A DNA stretch of 64,000 nt from an uncultured Trueperaceae bacterium (GTDB lineage: Bacteria; Deinococcota; Deinococci; Deinococcales; Trueperaceae): NCBI GenBank assembly GCA_963799485.1, contig CAWCXJ010000008.1, positions 96,001 to 160,000 of the forward strand, read 5' to 3'. Position numbers and translations under genes: made by a program. Below, piece by piece: positions 40,084-51,402 of the stretch (its first letter is position 1; each line of letters begins with the position of its first letter). Below the pieces are notes generated by a model. It was given only the letters and a program-made list of their open reading frames with translations. It did no database searches and was not told the DNA's origin.

Positions 40084-40241
40084 AAGCTCAGCGCTTAATC
40101 ATGACGTTTGGCCGGTCGCGCTTACGGAGTGAGAATAACGCGGACGGTCTAACAAGATTCTTACAAAAGCTAAAACGGGCAGCTCTCTGCGCTGACCAAG
40201 TGGCGACTTAGCGGTCGCCCGGAAGCAGGTACAGTGACCTT

Positions 40242-41501
40242 ATGAGACCGCGTGTTCTAATCATCGGTGGGGGCGCTGCCGGGTTTTTTGCGGCGATTAC
40301 CTGCGCCGAGGCCCATCCCGAAGTGCGGGTTACGCTCCTCGAGCGGAGCGCGCAGCCGCTCGGCAAGGTTCGCATCTCCGGCGGCGGTCGTTGTAACGTC
40401 ACGCACGACCTGCCCGACCCGGCGCAGTTCGTAACGAACTATCCGAGAGGCGCTAAAGCGCTGCGCGGGCCGCTGAGCCGTTTTGGCGCCAGGGAGACGG
40501 CCCTGTGGTTTGCCGGAAGAGGCGTCGCCCTCAAAACCGAAGCCGACGGGCGGATGTTTCCCGAATCGAACACATCGGAGACTGTGGTGAACTGTCTTAT
40601 GGCGGCGGCAAGGGCCGCCGGGGTAGCGCTTCGTACCGGCGCGGCGGTGCGTTCACTTACGGTTTCCCAACGCACCCGGGCGCGTTTTACGGCGACGCTT
40701 AAAGACGGCGAGGCGTTTACGGCTGAACGGGTGCTGCTCGCCACCGGGAGCAATCCGCAAGTTTACGGCTGGCTGGCAGCGCTCGGTCACGAGATCGTCC
40801 CGCCCGTACCGTCGCTTTTTACTTTCAAGGTGGAAGACCCCAGATTGGCGGGACTTGCCGGGGTTTCAGTACCGGACGCCGAGGTGGTGTTGGAAGGGAC
40901 GGCGCTCAGGCAACGCGGCCCGCTGCTCGTTACCCATTGGGGACTTTCGGGTCCGGCGGTTCTGAAACTCTCCGCGTGGGGTGCGCGCGAACTGCACGGC
41001 TACGATTACCGCGCGCCTCTCCGGGTCAACTGGCTTCCCGAGCTGCGCCTAGAAGCGGTGCGCGAGGGGTTGCGCGACTGTAAAAACACCCAGCCGCGTA
41101 AAACGGTCGCCGGCACCCCGCTATTTGGTTTACCCGGACGGTTGTGGGCCTCGCTCGTCGGTGCGGCGGGCCTTTCCGAACGCTGGGCGGACGTTTCCAA
41201 GGCGCAGCTGGCGCGGCTGGGGGGCGAGCTTCAGCACGGGCGTTTCGAGGTTACGGGTAAAGGCGTGTTCAAAGAGGAGTTCGTCACCTGCGGCGGCGTA
41301 AGCCTCGACGAGGTGAACTTTCGGACGATGGAGAGCCGGGTTTGTCCGGGACTTTATCTTGCCGGTGAGCTTCTGGACGTTGACGGGGTGACGGGCGGGT
41401 TCAACTTTCAAAACGCCTGGGCGACGGGTTATCTGGCAGGTCGGGCGGTAGCCGAGTCGGTTTCGCGGCTCGAACCGGCGCTTGACGTAGCGCTGGCCTG
41501 A
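40242..41501 (+). CDS. HI0933/BaiN-family flavoprotein
   Basis: GGGAAG, KVRISGGGRCNVT, THWGLSGP, VTCGGV, GELLDVDGVTGGFNFQ. Confidence 0.92.
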   Translation: MRPRVLIIGGGAAGFFAAITCAEAHPEVRVTLLERSAQPLGKVRISGGGRCNVTHDLPDPAQFVTNYPRGAKALRGPLSRFGARETALWFAGRGVALKTEADGRMFPESNTSETVVNCLMAAARAAGVALRTGAAVRSLTVSQRTRARFTATLKDGEAFTAERVLLATGSNPQVYGWLAALGHEIVPPVPSLFTFKVEDPRLAGLAGVSVPDAEVVLEGTALRQRGPLLVTHWGLSGPAVLKLSAWGARELHGYDYRAPLRVNWLPELRLEAVREGLRDCKNTQPRKTVAGTPLFGLPGRLWASLVGAAGLSERWADVSKAQLARLGGELQHGRFEVTGKGVFKEEFVTCGGVSLDEVNFRTMESRVCPGLYLAGELLDVDGVTGGFNFQNAWATGYLAGRAVAESVSRLEPALDVALA

Positions 41502-42775
41502 ACAGGCAGCCGCAGTGTGACCTTTAAGCCGGTGAGCTGATTGGGCGTGAGAATCAGCGTACCGCTGTGAACAGCAGCGACCTGTGCGGCGACGCTTAAG
41601 CCCAAGCCGCTGCCGGGGGCGGTAGTTCCGGGCGTGCGGTAAAAGGGCTGGATAGCCTTCGCCAGCGCCTCCGGGGGCATCCCCGGGCCATAGTCGGAGA
41701 CGCTCAACCCAACCTCTTGTAGTCTGGGCTCGAGCCTCACTGTAACCAGCGCACCGGGCGCGTGTTTGCGGGCGTTATCGAGCAAGTTGAGCAGCGCTTG
41801 TTGCAACAACACGGGGTCGCCGACAAACGTCAGCGCATTTGGCCCATTGTAGGTTGCGCCGCCTGCACCGGCAGCATCTTTAGCTAGAACAGCGAGGTCG
41901 AACGCGACAACCTGAGAGCGGTTTTCACGAGCGAGGGTCAAGAGCGACGCGCTCAGGCGCACCATCCGCTCGGTCTCCTCGTCAAGAACTAAAAGCGTCT
42001 CGTCGGCGTCCGCGTAGCCTTCTTTGTACGCGCTGAGCTGAAGCCGCACCGCAGTCAGCGGCGTCCGCAGCTCGTGTGAAGCGTTGCGGGTAAACTGCGT
42101 TTCGCGCTCCAGAAACCCTGAAAGCCGCGCCATCATCCGGTTAAAGGTCTCCCCGAGGTCGGCCAGCTCACCCTGACCGGCGACTTCGACCCGCAGCGAG
42201 AGGTCGCCCGAGTCGGCAATCCGGCGCACCGTCCCGAGTAGATGCCGGAGCGGGTGGAGTACGGGGCCGCTGACGAGCAGCGCTGCAAGTGCGCCCAACG
42301 CCGAAACGAGCAGCGTGGTAAGCAAGACGGTCTCGCGGTAACGACCTAGACTGTACGCCGGAGCAGGCGACGCTATGGCCCCTTGCAAAAAGAGGTCGGG
42401 GGTGAGCCGCCTGCTGGTCACGCGCCACGCGCCGAACGAACGCACCGCGCTGGGCGTCAAGGGTGCGCTCAGGGGCACATCTTCCGGAAACGTCCCGAAC
42501 GTCTCCGTCACTCGGCCTTCATGGACGATGCGGGCGCTTGTCAGGTAATCGTCGAAGCGGGGCTCGAGCGTGGCGAAAGAGAGCGTTTCGCCGCGCAGCG
42601 TACCCGGAAGCGCCTGCACCTGCGCGGTGAGCTGTGAGAGGTAGTCGCTGAGGTCGAGGTCCAGGTCGGCGTAGAGGAGCCGCTGAAAGTTGAGGTAGCC
42701 GAGGACGCCCTGAACGAGCAGCGCCGCCGCAACCGTCACGGTGATAAAAAGGACAAGTCGCCGCCGAAGCGTCAC
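41429..42775 (-). CDS. HAMP-domain sensor histidine kinase
   Basis: Two TMs, HAMP, ASHELRTPL, NLLDNA, DYGPG, GSGLGL. Confidence 0.92.
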   Translation of the reverse strand: MTLRRRLVLFITVTVAAALLVQGVLGYLNFQRLLYADLDLDLSDYLSQLTAQVQALPGTLRGETLSFATLEPRFDDYLTSARIVHEGRVTETFGTFPEDVPLSAPLTPSAVRSFGAWRVTSRRLTPDLFLQGAIASPAPAYSLGRYRETVLLTTLLVSALGALAALLVSGPVLHPLRHLLGTVRRIADSGDLSLRVEVAGQGELADLGETFNRMMARLSGFLERETQFTRNASHELRTPLTAVRLQLSAYKEGYADADETLLVLDEETERMVRLSASLLTLARENRSQVVAFDLAVLAKDAAGAGGATYNGPNALTFVGDPVLLQQALLNLLDNARKHAPGALVTVRLEPRLQEVGLSVSDYGPGMPPEALAKAIQPFYRTPGTTAPGSGLGLSVAAQVAAVHSGTLILTPNQLTGLKVTLRLPVQASATSSAGSSRETDSATARPAR

Positions 42776-42813
42776 GCTAATCTCACCATTTAAGTCTCAC
42801 CGTTTTCGTCTCA

Positions 42814-43470
42814 TCAGCTTAGTCCCAGCCGGTAGCCGCCCGCAACGGTTTCTACGACTTCCGGCCCGAGTTTGCTCCGCAGGTGATGAACGTACACCTT
42901 GACGACGCCCGTCCCTGCGCCCTCACCCCAAAGCACGTCGGTCAACGCTTCAGGGCTGTAAACCCGGTTCGGCGAGAGGACGAAACGCTCCAGGAGGGCG
43001 TATTCACGGCTCGAGAGGTCGACGGGGGCACCCGCCCAAGTTACGGCGCGGTTTACCAGGTCAAGCTCGAGCGGCCCACGTTGTATCCGACTCGTTTTTG
43101 CCTCGTGAACACGCCGTAAAAGCGCCCGCACGCGGGCCAAAAGTTCAGGCAAGTCAAAAGGCTTGACCACGTAGTCGTCGCCGCCGTCGTCGAGCCCGGT
43201 CACCCGGTCGGCGAGCGCGTCTCTGGCCGTCATAAAAAGAATCAGCCCCGTATAGCCTGAAGCCCGCGCTTCACGTGCAAAGATAAAACCGCCGTCACCG
43301 TGCTCGGGCAGCCGTACATCGAGCAGCAGCAGTTCGGGTTCAGCCTCGAGGAACGCTGCCCTTGCGCCTTGCAGCGTAGCTGCGTGGGTCACTTTATGGC
43401 CTTGTGCGCTAAGCGCCTGCACGACGGGCCTGGCGATATGGGGTTCATCCTCGAGCAGCAAGATACGCAT
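42814..43470 (-). CDS. OmpR-family response regulator
   Basis: ILLLEDE, LDVRLP, GGDDYVVKPF, VYVHHLRSKL; RBS GGAG. Confidence 0.93.
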   Translation of the reverse strand: MRILLLEDEPHIARPVVQALSAQGHKVTHAATLQGARAAFLEAEPELLLLDVRLPEHGDGGFIFAREARASGYTGLILFMTARDALADRVTGLDDGGDDYVVKPFDLPELLARVRALLRRVHEAKTSRIQRGPLELDLVNRAVTWAGAPVDLSSREYALLERFVLSPNRVYSPEALTDVLWGEGAGTGVVKVYVHHLRSKLGPEVVETVAGGYRLGLS

Positions 43471-43750
43471 ACGTGTCTCCAAGGCCGTACATGAAACCGT
43501 ACATACAAAACGCTAGAGCGTAGCGGTTACACCGGGGTTAAGGTTGGCGAGCCTAGCAGCACAGCGCTGACAACGCCCAAAACCTAGTCGTAAGTAGCGA
43601 GGGTTCGGGAGCCTCTGTATCAAGGATACAAGTTCCAGACGATACCTGTAACGCCCCAAAGGGCAAAAAGGGTTGAAGGAGCTACATACATGTACCCTCC
43701 CGAACGCTCCGAAACGGTATAGCCGCTATAATTTTGGCTACAGAGGTGAC

Positions 43751-44425
43751 ATGACGAAACCCTGGTTTGTCCACGGAACCGAGTTTTCCGAACGTATCGA
43801 CAGGCGCGACTACGGCATTTTTATGCGCGTCTGTCCTGAAAAACGCTACGGACGTAGCGAGACGATTTTCCGTTTGGGCGACCCGGCGACGAACCTGCAC
43901 GTGATTGCCGAAGGTCAGGTCAAGCTGGTTACGGCGGCGGCGGGTGGCAACGAACGCATCCTGGCGATCTGCGGCCCCGACGATTTTATCGGCGAGGCAT
44001 TTTTGCAAGAAGCGCAGGTTTACCAGGTTGACGCGGTAGCCCTGACCGACGCCGTGACCTGCCCGATGAGCCGCGACCAGTTTCTCGAGCTGGCCCTGCG
44101 CGCTCCGACCTTTACCCTGAGCTTCGCTGAAATCCTGGCGAGCCAGCTGTTTGGCTGCCGTGAACAACTTTCCAACAGTTACGACGCTGTGCCGCAACGG
44201 TTGGCCAGGGTTCTTTTAGAGCAAGCCGAGCGCTTCGGCACGCCTTTGGAGGGCGGTTGGTGCGAACTGCTGACCGAACTCCGTCATGATGAACTCGCGT
44301 CGATGGTCAGCGCGACGCGGGTATCGGTCTCGACGGCGTTTGCCGAACTGCGGACACGGGGGTTTGTCAAGGGGAGTAGGGGGCACTACCAGCTACATAT
44401 GCCGAGCTTAAGCGACTCATTTTAG
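43751..44425 (+). CDS. Crp/Fnr-family transcriptional regulator
   Basis: RBS GAGGTG; cNMP-binding fold (GQVKL, DFIGE), HTH HDELASMVSATRVSVS. Confidence 0.88.
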   Translation: MTKPWFVHGTEFSERIDRRDYGIFMRVCPEKRYGRSETIFRLGDPATNLHVIAEGQVKLVTAAAGGNERILAICGPDDFIGEAFLQEAQVYQVDAVALTDAVTCPMSRDQFLELALRAPTFTLSFAEILASQLFGCREQLSNSYDAVPQRLARVLLEQAERFGTPLEGGWCELLTELRHDELASMVSATRVSVSTAFAELRTRGFVKGSRGHYQLHMPSLSDSF

Positions 44426-44457
44426 CGCTGAATACCCAAACGAACGTCTAAAGCAGC

Positions 44458-44482
44458 AAAAAACCCGCCTCGGCGGGTTCTT
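44458..44482. terminator. Terminator between convergent crp and oppF
   Basis: A-run followed by AACCCGCC-tc-GGCGGGTT. Confidence 0.65.
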
Positions 44483-44491
44483 GAGTTTTAG

Positions 44492-45529
44492 TTAGGGCCG
44501 CCTGATACACGCCTTGAAGTGACCGGGCGAAATCTCCTCTAAGGGCGGGACGACCTCGGCACATTCTTTAATGGCAATCGGGCAGCGCGTCCTGAACACG
44601 CACCCTGACGGCGGGTTGATGGGGCTGGGAATATCGCCCTGCAAGATGGTGCGCTCGCGTTTGACGGTCGGGTCGGGGATCGGCACCGCCGAGAGGAGCG
44701 CTTCGGTATAGGGGTGGATTGGGTTGCGGTAGAGCTCTTTGGCAGGCGCGATTTCCATCACGCGGCCTAAGTACATCACCACCACGCGGTCGGAGATGTA
44801 TTCGACGACGCCCAAGTCGTGCGCGATAAAAAGAAGGGTCAGGCCGAGTTCTTCTTTGAGGTCTTGGAGCAAGTTGACGACCTGCGCCTGAATCGACACG
44901 TCCAAAGCCGAAACGGGTTCGTCGGCGACGATAAACTGCGGGTCAACCGCGAGCGCCCGCGCAATCCCGATACGCTGGCGTTGCCCACCGGAAAACTCGT
45001 GCGGGTAGCGCCGCATATGCTGCGCGGAGAGTCCGGTACGTTCCAAAAGCTGTACGATACGTTCTTCTCGAGCTTTGCCCCGGGCGAGTTTGTGAATATC
45101 TAACGCCTCACCGATAATGTCGCCGACGGTCATCCGGGGGTTTAAGCTGGCAAACGGGTCTTGAAAGATGATCTGCATCTCTTTACGGTACTCGCGCATC
45201 TGCGAACGCGACACCTTGGCGATGTCGGTGCCGTTGAAGATAATTTCACCTTCGGTCGGTTCGATCAGCCGCAAAATCGTGCGTCCGGCGGTCGTTTTAC
45301 CTGAGCCCGACTCACCGACGAGCCCGACGACCTCACCGGGTTTGATGTTGAGCGACACGTCTTCGACCGCTTTGACGTTGGCAACGGTGCGCGAGAAGAC
45401 GCCGCCCTTGATGGGAAAATACTTTTTGAGGTTTTTGATCTCCAAAAGGTATTCGCCCTGGGTCACGTCGCGTTTGTCTGCGCCGGAGGAGCGCTTTTCG
45501 GGTTCGTGTACTACACGTACCTCACTCAC
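44492..45529 (-). CDS. Oligopeptide/dipeptide ABC ATP-binding protein (OppF/DppF)
   Basis: [35 protein letters not shown]. Confidence 0.93.
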   Translation of the reverse strand: MSEVRVVHEPEKRSSGADKRDVTQGEYLLEIKNLKKYFPIKGGVFSRTVANVKAVEDVSLNIKPGEVVGLVGESGSGKTTAGRTILRLIEPTEGEIIFNGTDIAKVSRSQMREYRKEMQIIFQDPFASLNPRMTVGDIIGEALDIHKLARGKAREERIVQLLERTGLSAQHMRRYPHEFSGGQRQRIGIARALAVDPQFIVADEPVSALDVSIQAQVVNLLQDLKEELGLTLLFIAHDLGVVEYISDRVVVMYLGRVMEIAPAKELYRNPIHPYTEALLSAVPIPDPTVKRERTILQGDIPSPINPPSGCVFRTRCPIAIKECAEVVPPLEEISPGHFKACIRRP

Positions 45530-46536
45530 GCGACCTTCTCCTCTTCGAGCTCGAGCTCGTTCCAGCGGATGCAGCGCACCATATGTCCGCCGCCGGTGTC
45601 TTCAAGGGGCGGGATCGCCTCTTTGCACTTTTCCCGGACGAACGCGCAGCGCGGGTGAAACGAGCAGCCTTGCGGCAGGTAGAGCGGGTTCGGGACGTTG
45701 CCGGGGATGGCTTGGAGCCTGTCCTGGTGTTCAGCGGCCTTGTCCACACGCGGAATCGAGTTCATGAGCCCGAGGGTGTAGGGCATCTGCGGGTTGGCAA
45801 AAATCTCGTTGACGCTGCCCTCTTCGACGGCGCGACCGGCGTACATCACCACCACGCGGTCGGCAATTTCCGCGACGACGCCTAAGTCGTGCGTGATAAA
45901 CAAGATGCTCATGCCGATTTCGCGTTGCAGCTGGCGCATCAGGTCCAGAATCTGCGCCTGGATGGTGACGTCGAGTGCGGTGGTCGGTTCGTCGGCGATC
46001 AAGAGTTTCGGGCCACACGACAGCGCCATCGCAATCATCACGCGCTGGCGCATTCCACCCGACATCTGGTGCGGGTAGTTGTGGACGCGTTTGCCCGGTT
46101 CGGGGATGCCGACCAAATCGAGCATTTCGGTTGCGAGCTTCATCGACTGTTTACGGTTTTTGTGCTGGTGGAGCTGAACCGCTTCGGCAATCTGGTCGCC
46201 GACGGTGTAGACCGGGTTCAAGCTGGTCATCGGCTCCTGAAAGATCATCGAGATGTCGTTGCCGCGAATTTTCCGCATCTCCGACTCGCTTTTTTTGACC
46301 AAATCCTGGCCTTCAAAGAGCATCTCGCCGCCTGCGATACGCCCCGGCGGTTGCGCGATCAGCCGCATGATAGATAAGCTCGTGACCGATTTGCCCGAAC
46401 CCGACTCGCCGACGACCGCTAAGGTTTCGCCCCGGTTGATGTGAAACGTTACGCCGTCGACGGCTTTGACCGTGCCTTCGTCGGTGCCGAAATAGGTTTT
46501 GAGGTCGTTGACCTCGAGGATACGTTTGTCAGCCAT
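45526..46536 (-). CDS. Oligopeptide/dipeptide ABC ATP-binding protein (OppD/DppD)
   Basis: [30 protein letters not shown]. Confidence 0.93.
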   Translation of the reverse strand: MADKRILEVNDLKTYFGTDEGTVKAVDGVTFHINRGETLAVVGESGSGKSVTSLSIMRLIAQPPGRIAGGEMLFEGQDLVKKSESEMRKIRGNDISMIFQEPMTSLNPVYTVGDQIAEAVQLHQHKNRKQSMKLATEMLDLVGIPEPGKRVHNYPHQMSGGMRQRVMIAMALSCGPKLLIADEPTTALDVTIQAQILDLMRQLQREIGMSILFITHDLGVVAEIADRVVVMYAGRAVEEGSVNEIFANPQMPYTLGLMNSIPRVDKAAEHQDRLQAIPGNVPNPLYLPQGCSFHPRCAFVREKCKEAIPPLEDTGGGHMVRCIRWNELELEEEKVA

Positions 46537-46622
46537 AAAGTCTCCTGGGGACCGTGAAAGTTCGTGTCTCAACCGCGCTTTCAGCCACTTTGTACCTGCT
46601 CACCCTGTTAGTGTACCGCACG

Positions 46623-47822
46623 CTACTGCCGACTACGCGGGTCGAAAGCGTCGCGCAGTCCGTCGCCTAAGAGGTTCCAGGTCAAAACCGAAATAAAGAT
46701 AAACACACCGGGCAAAAAAACCCACCAGCGTTCGCCGAGTCCCGAAACACCCGCAAAGCCCTGCGCGGTCGCCAGCATGAGCCCCCAACTCGTCGAGGGT
46801 GGTTGAATGCCGAGGCCGAAAAAGCTCAGTACAGACTCGGTGATAATAAACGCAGGGATTACAAGACTCATGTAGACGATAACGTAACTTAGCGTGTGGG
46901 GCAGCATATGGCGAAAGATAATACGGGTATTGTTGGCACCCAAAGACCGCGCGGCGTAGGCAAAATCGCGTTCACGGAGCGACAACACCTGCCCCCGAAT
47001 CGTCCGCGCGACGCCGCCCCAACCGATGACCGAAAGTGCGATAACGACCAGTATAAAAACGGTCGAAGACGGGAGGTTCAGCGGATAAAAGACCGCCGAA
47101 AGGGTAATCAGCAAAAAAAGATCGGGAATAGCCGAGAGTGCCTCGATAAACCGCATAATCACCTCGTCGACCCAACCACCGAAAAACCCGGCAATTCCGC
47201 CCATGACCATCCCGATGATAATAGCGACAAGCGCTGCCATAATCCCGATAGTGAGACTTATACGTGCGCCGAAAAGGATTTTGCCGAACACGTCGCCGCC
47301 CAGGTCGTCCGAACCCCAGAGGTGAATGCGTGCGGGTTCATCGACGCCGAACAGGTGCAGCGTTGCCCAGGGGCGGATATTTAGGGTTTGGCGGAGGGGT
47401 TCGGGGATGAGGTTGACGGGAAACGGGACGTAGCGTTCACGGACACCTTCACGCCTCACCAGGAGCTTGAGTGGATAACGCACCGAGGTGTCCTCCGTCC
47501 AGGTCGTTTCGAACGTCTCCATATCGAGTGTTTGCGTCATCGCGTAGATAAACGGCCCGACAAACCGCCCTTCCTCCCAGAAGCGAACGCGGTTGGGCGG
47601 CTGAAAGGTGATATTGGGGTTGATATATCCTTCCGAGTAGGGTGCAAAAAAGTCTGCAAACGCTGCTAGAAAATACAAGATACCCAAGATAAGGAGCGCA
47701 ATACGCGCCAGCGGATGTTTGCGAAACTGCGCCCAGGCAATCGAGGTGAGGCTGGTACCACGTCCTTTTTTCGCTGCCGGAGCCTCCGGCGCGCCGGTCG
47801 GCACAAACGGTGCGTCGGCCAT
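46623..47822 (-). CDS. Peptide ABC permease (OppC-like)
   Basis: WGSDDLG.D, GARISL, AARSLGA, LLGDGLRDAFDP. Confidence 0.92.
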   Translation of the reverse strand: MADAPFVPTGAPEAPAAKKGRGTSLTSIAWAQFRKHPLARIALLILGILYFLAAFADFFAPYSEGYINPNITFQPPNRVRFWEEGRFVGPFIYAMTQTLDMETFETTWTEDTSVRYPLKLLVRREGVRERYVPFPVNLIPEPLRQTLNIRPWATLHLFGVDEPARIHLWGSDDLGGDVFGKILFGARISLTIGIMAALVAIIIGMVMGGIAGFFGGWVDEVIMRFIEALSAIPDLFLLITLSAVFYPLNLPSSTVFILVVIALSVIGWGGVARTIRGQVLSLRERDFAYAARSLGANNTRIIFRHMLPHTLSYVIVYMSLVIPAFIITESVLSFFGLGIQPPSTSWGLMLATAQGFAGVSGLGERWWVFLPGVFIFISVLTWNLLGDGLRDAFDPRSRQ

Positions 47823-48802
47823 CAGTAACGAATCCGCGGGTCAATGAGAGCGAGAGCGAGGTCGGACAAGAGGTTGCCGAGCATTAAAAGAATCGTCAGG
47901 ATAGTCAGCAGCGCCATGATGACGTAGGTGTCTTGGGCGTAGATCGAGCGGATGAAGAGCGGCGTGATACCGGGCCAGCGGAGTACGTACTCGACGGAAC
48001 CCGCGCCGCCGATCAAGCTGGGCAGCAGCCCACCGATTGTTGCTACGATCACAATCATTGCATTTCTAAGGGCGTGCTTGTAGTTGACTGCACGCTCGGA
48101 AAGCCCTTTGGCGCGCGCCGTGCGAACATAATCCTGACCGAGTACCTCGAGCATCTCCCCGCGCATAAACCGCGATACCGAGGCGAGGCTGGCCAGCATC
48201 ACGACAATCGTTGGTGCAATCAGGTGCCAGGCGATATCCCAAAACTGCCCCCACGCGCTCAGCTGCCCGAAGTTTTGACTGGTCATCCCCCCCACCGGAA
48301 TTAAAAAGCTGTCATACGCCTGAAACCACTGCACTGCGAACGCCACTACGAGGAGCGCCAGAAAAAAGTTGGGAATCGCCAGCCCGATAAGACTAAAAAT
48401 AGTTAAAAACCTGTCGCCGAGCGAATACTTACGAACCGCTGAAAAAACGCCGATAGGTACTGCAATGAGATAGGTCAAAATTGTCGCCGGCAAAAGCAGC
48501 CGCAGGCTGTTGATCATCCGGGGCCAGATGAGGTTCGTAACGTCTCCCTTGGAGGTCATGCTGGTACCGAAGTCAAAACCCGTCACGACGTTTCTAAGCC
48601 AGTAAAAATAGCGGATGAACCACGGCTGACCGAGCCCGAGCGCTTCACGAATCCGCTCTGCTTTATTTGGGTCAACCTGGTCGAAAGCAAATTTGCTGGC
48701 AAAATCTCCCGGTGCAATTTCGATAACGACCCAGGCTAAAAAGGTCGCCAGGATAAAGGTGGGAATAAGATTGATAAAACGTCTCAGGATATAAGCGGTC
48801 AA
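47822..48802 (-). CDS. Peptide ABC permease (OppB-like)
   Basis: TTG start after GGGAGAG; DYVRTARAKGL, KHALRNA, DPRIRY. Confidence 0.92.
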   Translation of the reverse strand: MTAYILRRFINLIPTFILATFLAWVVIEIAPGDFASKFAFDQVDPNKAERIREALGLGQPWFIRYFYWLRNVVTGFDFGTSMTSKGDVTNLIWPRMINSLRLLLPATILTYLIAVPIGVFSAVRKYSLGDRFLTIFSLIGLAIPNFFLALLVVAFAVQWFQAYDSFLIPVGGMTSQNFGQLSAWGQFWDIAWHLIAPTIVVMLASLASVSRFMRGEMLEVLGQDYVRTARAKGLSERAVNYKHALRNAMIVIVATIGGLLPSLIGGAGSVEYVLRWPGITPLFIRSIYAQDTYVIMALLTILTILLMLGNLLSDLALALIDPRIRY

Positions 48803-48859
48803 CGGTCTCTCCCAATATCTGCAAACTTGTACAGCCAAATGTTGCGACTAAATCTGTGA

Positions 48860-48892
48860 CAAGGAGCTTTTGGACAATCCAAAAGCTCCTTG
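48860..48892. terminator. Perfect 15-bp stem-loop between oppA and oppB (mRNA stabiliser or attenuator)
   Basis: CAAGGAGCTTTTGGA-caa-TCCAAAAGCTCCTTG. Confidence 0.7.
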
Positions 48893-48909
48893 CAAATGCC
48901 GGGTTGACT

Positions 48910-50700
48910 TTACTGCGGCGCAGCCAGCGTGTCGCGGAAGCCGCCGGGACGGTAGGGGGACTCGATGCTGTTCGCGTCCAGCGCTTCTTCGGGCCAGAGG
49001 TTACTCATGTTGCCGTAAAAGCTGAACGCGGGGCTGATAAGCGGCGTCATCGGCAGATACTGACGCATCAGCTCGGCGCGCTGGTCGTAGATCGCTACGC
49101 GCTCGTCTAGGTCGAGCGTGCGGTCCATCCGGCGGCTGAGGCGGTCCATCGAAATCTCCCAGGGTTGGGCGTCGTCGGGGTTTTTGTTCCACGAATTGAG
49201 GTTTTCGCCTAACCCCAGCACGTTGACCGACGAGGGGTTGTCCACGTCACCACCGGCAAGTCCCCAAATCTGCGCGTCGTAGTCGACTTTGGTGCCTTCG
49301 GCTTCGGTACCGGTAATCGAATCCGACCAGATTTCTGTTGAAACTTCACGTGGGTTCGCGCGGACACCGTACTCTGCGAGGGTCTGCGAGATAACCTGCG
49401 CTTCTTGGGCGCGGCGGTCGTTGCCGGAGTTGAACTGCAAATCGAAAGCGACGCGGCAACCCGTATCCGGGTTCATCAGCACGCCGTCCTGGCCGGTTTC
49501 GGTAAAGCCGATAGAGTTGAGAAGCTCAATACCGCGCTGAGGATTAAACTCGAAGGGCTCCAAGTTCGGTGCGTCGAACGGCGCTGACGAATCGCTGTTG
49601 TAATCGCTGGCGGGAAAACCGAGGCCACCCAGCGCCGCCTGAATCAAAGCTTGCCGGTCGATCATAATCGAGACGGCCTGACGGAACTCGGGCGCACGGA
49701 ACAAGTTACGCTTACACTCGTTTTTCTTCTGAAAGTTATAGGTAATAAAGTCTACCAGCGTGTCGGGGCCGATGTTGGGAAAGAACGTCCCGTTGATCGT
49801 GCCGTTTTGTACCGCCTGCTGCACGGCGCGCACGTCGTCTACAGTTTGCGGCCAGTCGAAGCTGGCCTGACCTGTGGTTACGAGCGCAATCTGTGCGTTA
49901 CGGTCGGCGACGAAATCCACCGTCCAGGTGTCGGGGCCGGGGAGCGGCGAGCCGTCGGCAGCCTGGACATTCTTGCCGTACTCGGGGTTTTTAGAAAGCA
50001 CGATGCGCTCGCCGGGGCGGAACTCGGTGATCATGTAGGGGCCACCCGAAACGAGCTGGTCAACGGGGGTGTCGGTTCCCCACAAGGAGAGGATGCCCTC
50101 AGCCCCACTTTCTTCATAAACCGGCATGAAAACGTGGGCGGGAACAGCGCCGACGGAAGCGACGGCGAACATCAGGTTGACCTGCGGTTCGGGCGAGGTG
50201 ACGCGAAACTGATACTTGCCCATCTTCTCGTAAACGATGGGTTCTTCGTTATCACCGACCACAGTCGACGAGTAACCGTTCGACTGGACATCCGGGTCGC
50301 CGATGATGGTACGCGCGGCGATATAGTCGTCGGCGGTGATCTCGGTGCCGTCCGACCAGTTCCAGCCCTCTTTTAACGTGATGATAAATTCTTGCTCCGG
50401 GCGCACCTCTTCGATAGACGCGGCGTGAACCAAGTTAAACGAACCGTCCTCTTGCCTAAACGAACGGTTGCCGAGCCAGTCGCGGTAGATGAGGTCAGGG
50501 CCGCCGACCATACCGATGACGGCAGCTTCTTGAGCACTCGAGGTGAGCACCGGGTTGAGCGTTACGAAGTCGCCGTAAAGCGCCTCGTTGATGGTGCCGC
50601 CCTGCGGGGCGGTCGGCGCGTAGTTTTCAGGCCACTGAAACGTTTGCGCGTAGGCCAGCGAACCGGCTAGCGCTAGGGTCGCGAAAAGGGCTCTTTTCAT
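48910..50700 (-). CDS. Peptide ABC substrate-binding protein (family 5)
   Basis: Signal peptide, RBS GGAGG, WSDGTEITADD, SGGPY, FRQAVS..IDRQ. Confidence 0.9.
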   Translation of the reverse strand: MKRALFATLALAGSLAYAQTFQWPENYAPTAPQGGTINEALYGDFVTLNPVLTSSAQEAAVIGMVGGPDLIYRDWLGNRSFRQEDGSFNLVHAASIEEVRPEQEFIITLKEGWNWSDGTEITADDYIAARTIIGDPDVQSNGYSSTVVGDNEEPIVYEKMGKYQFRVTSPEPQVNLMFAVASVGAVPAHVFMPVYEESGAEGILSLWGTDTPVDQLVSGGPYMITEFRPGERIVLSKNPEYGKNVQAADGSPLPGPDTWTVDFVADRNAQIALVTTGQASFDWPQTVDDVRAVQQAVQNGTINGTFFPNIGPDTLVDFITYNFQKKNECKRNLFRAPEFRQAVSIMIDRQALIQAALGGLGFPASDYNSDSSAPFDAPNLEPFEFNPQRGIELLNSIGFTETGQDGVLMNPDTGCRVAFDLQFNSGNDRRAQEAQVISQTLAEYGVRANPREVSTEIWSDSITGTEAEGTKVDYDAQIWGLAGGDVDNPSSVNVLGLGENLNSWNKNPDDAQPWEISMDRLSRRMDRTLDLDERVAIYDQRAELMRQYLPMTPLISPAFSFYGNMSNLWPEEALDANSIESPYRPGGFRDTLAAPQ

Positions 50701-51036
50701 CGTTTCCTCCTACTAAGAATGATGTGCATACGCTATTAGCTTATGCCAAATGCTCCTTTAGTACATGAATACGCTGTTGCTCTAAAAGGCTAACCTCAGC
50801 GGGGGTAAAAATCAAGCTGTCCCGCTTCTTTTGGCTGTATGCGGCGTCGGCCCCTCCACCCTTGCAATCTAGCACCCCGAAGGGGACGCGTCAAACGCTG
50901 CGGGGTGACACGAAGCACGTTTGTAGGGCAATAAAGTACAGTTATCCTACAAACTTGGGTAGGCTGTCACAAAAAAATATACCGACTTGTACGTTCCGGC
51001 GTTACAGTCACAGTTCTCTCAGTGTTACCATCTGAC

Positions 51037-51067
51037 AAAAAAAGCCCCGTCACTTAGCGGACGGGGC
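51037..51067 (-). terminator. Terminator of tRNA-Leu/secG
   Basis: On minus strand GCCCCGTC..GACGGGGC stem followed by T7. Confidence 0.75.
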
Positions 51068-51102
51068 AGGTGTAATTTTACGGGTACCGCGACGTTTCCG
51101 GG

Positions 51103-51342
51103 TTACGCCCTCGGTACGATAGCGAGCGCCAGCGCCAGCAGACCCCAGGTTACGCCCAGATAGATGGTCAAACGCTGCAAACCGCCTGCGGTGCCGCCGG
51201 TCGACGCCGAGAAGTCTTGCCCGCCGCCGCCCAGACCTTCACCGAGACCGCCTTGTTTGGGTTCTTGCATGATGACGATGGCGGTAAGCGCAAACGACGT
51301 TAGGACAAACAGTAAAAAGATAAGCCAGAATACGATAAACAC
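51103..51342 (-). CDS. secG: Preprotein translocase subunit SecG
   Basis: GTG after GGAGG; TM, MQEPKQGGLG, LQRLT, second TM. Confidence 0.88.
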   Translation of the reverse strand: MFIVFWLIFLLFVLTSFALTAIVIMQEPKQGGLGEGLGGGGQDFSASTGGTAGGLQRLTIYLGVTWGLLALALAIVPRA

Positions 51343-51402
51343 TTCAGAAGCCTCCGTCAGAGAAACTGTGCGCTGCAGGGCTGCACAGTGGGGTTGATAA
51401 AG

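Noticed and set aside
41429..41501. 73-nt convergent overlap of the HI0933 gene and histidine kinase as antisense regulation
   Set aside because: Tail overlaps are common in this window (also 28918, 33486, 61533) and involve non-conserved C-termini
50900..51036. GTGACA/TGTCAC/GTTACA motifs upstream of oppA as Crp sites
   Set aside because: No properly spaced TGTGA-N6-TCACA palindrome; too weak to call
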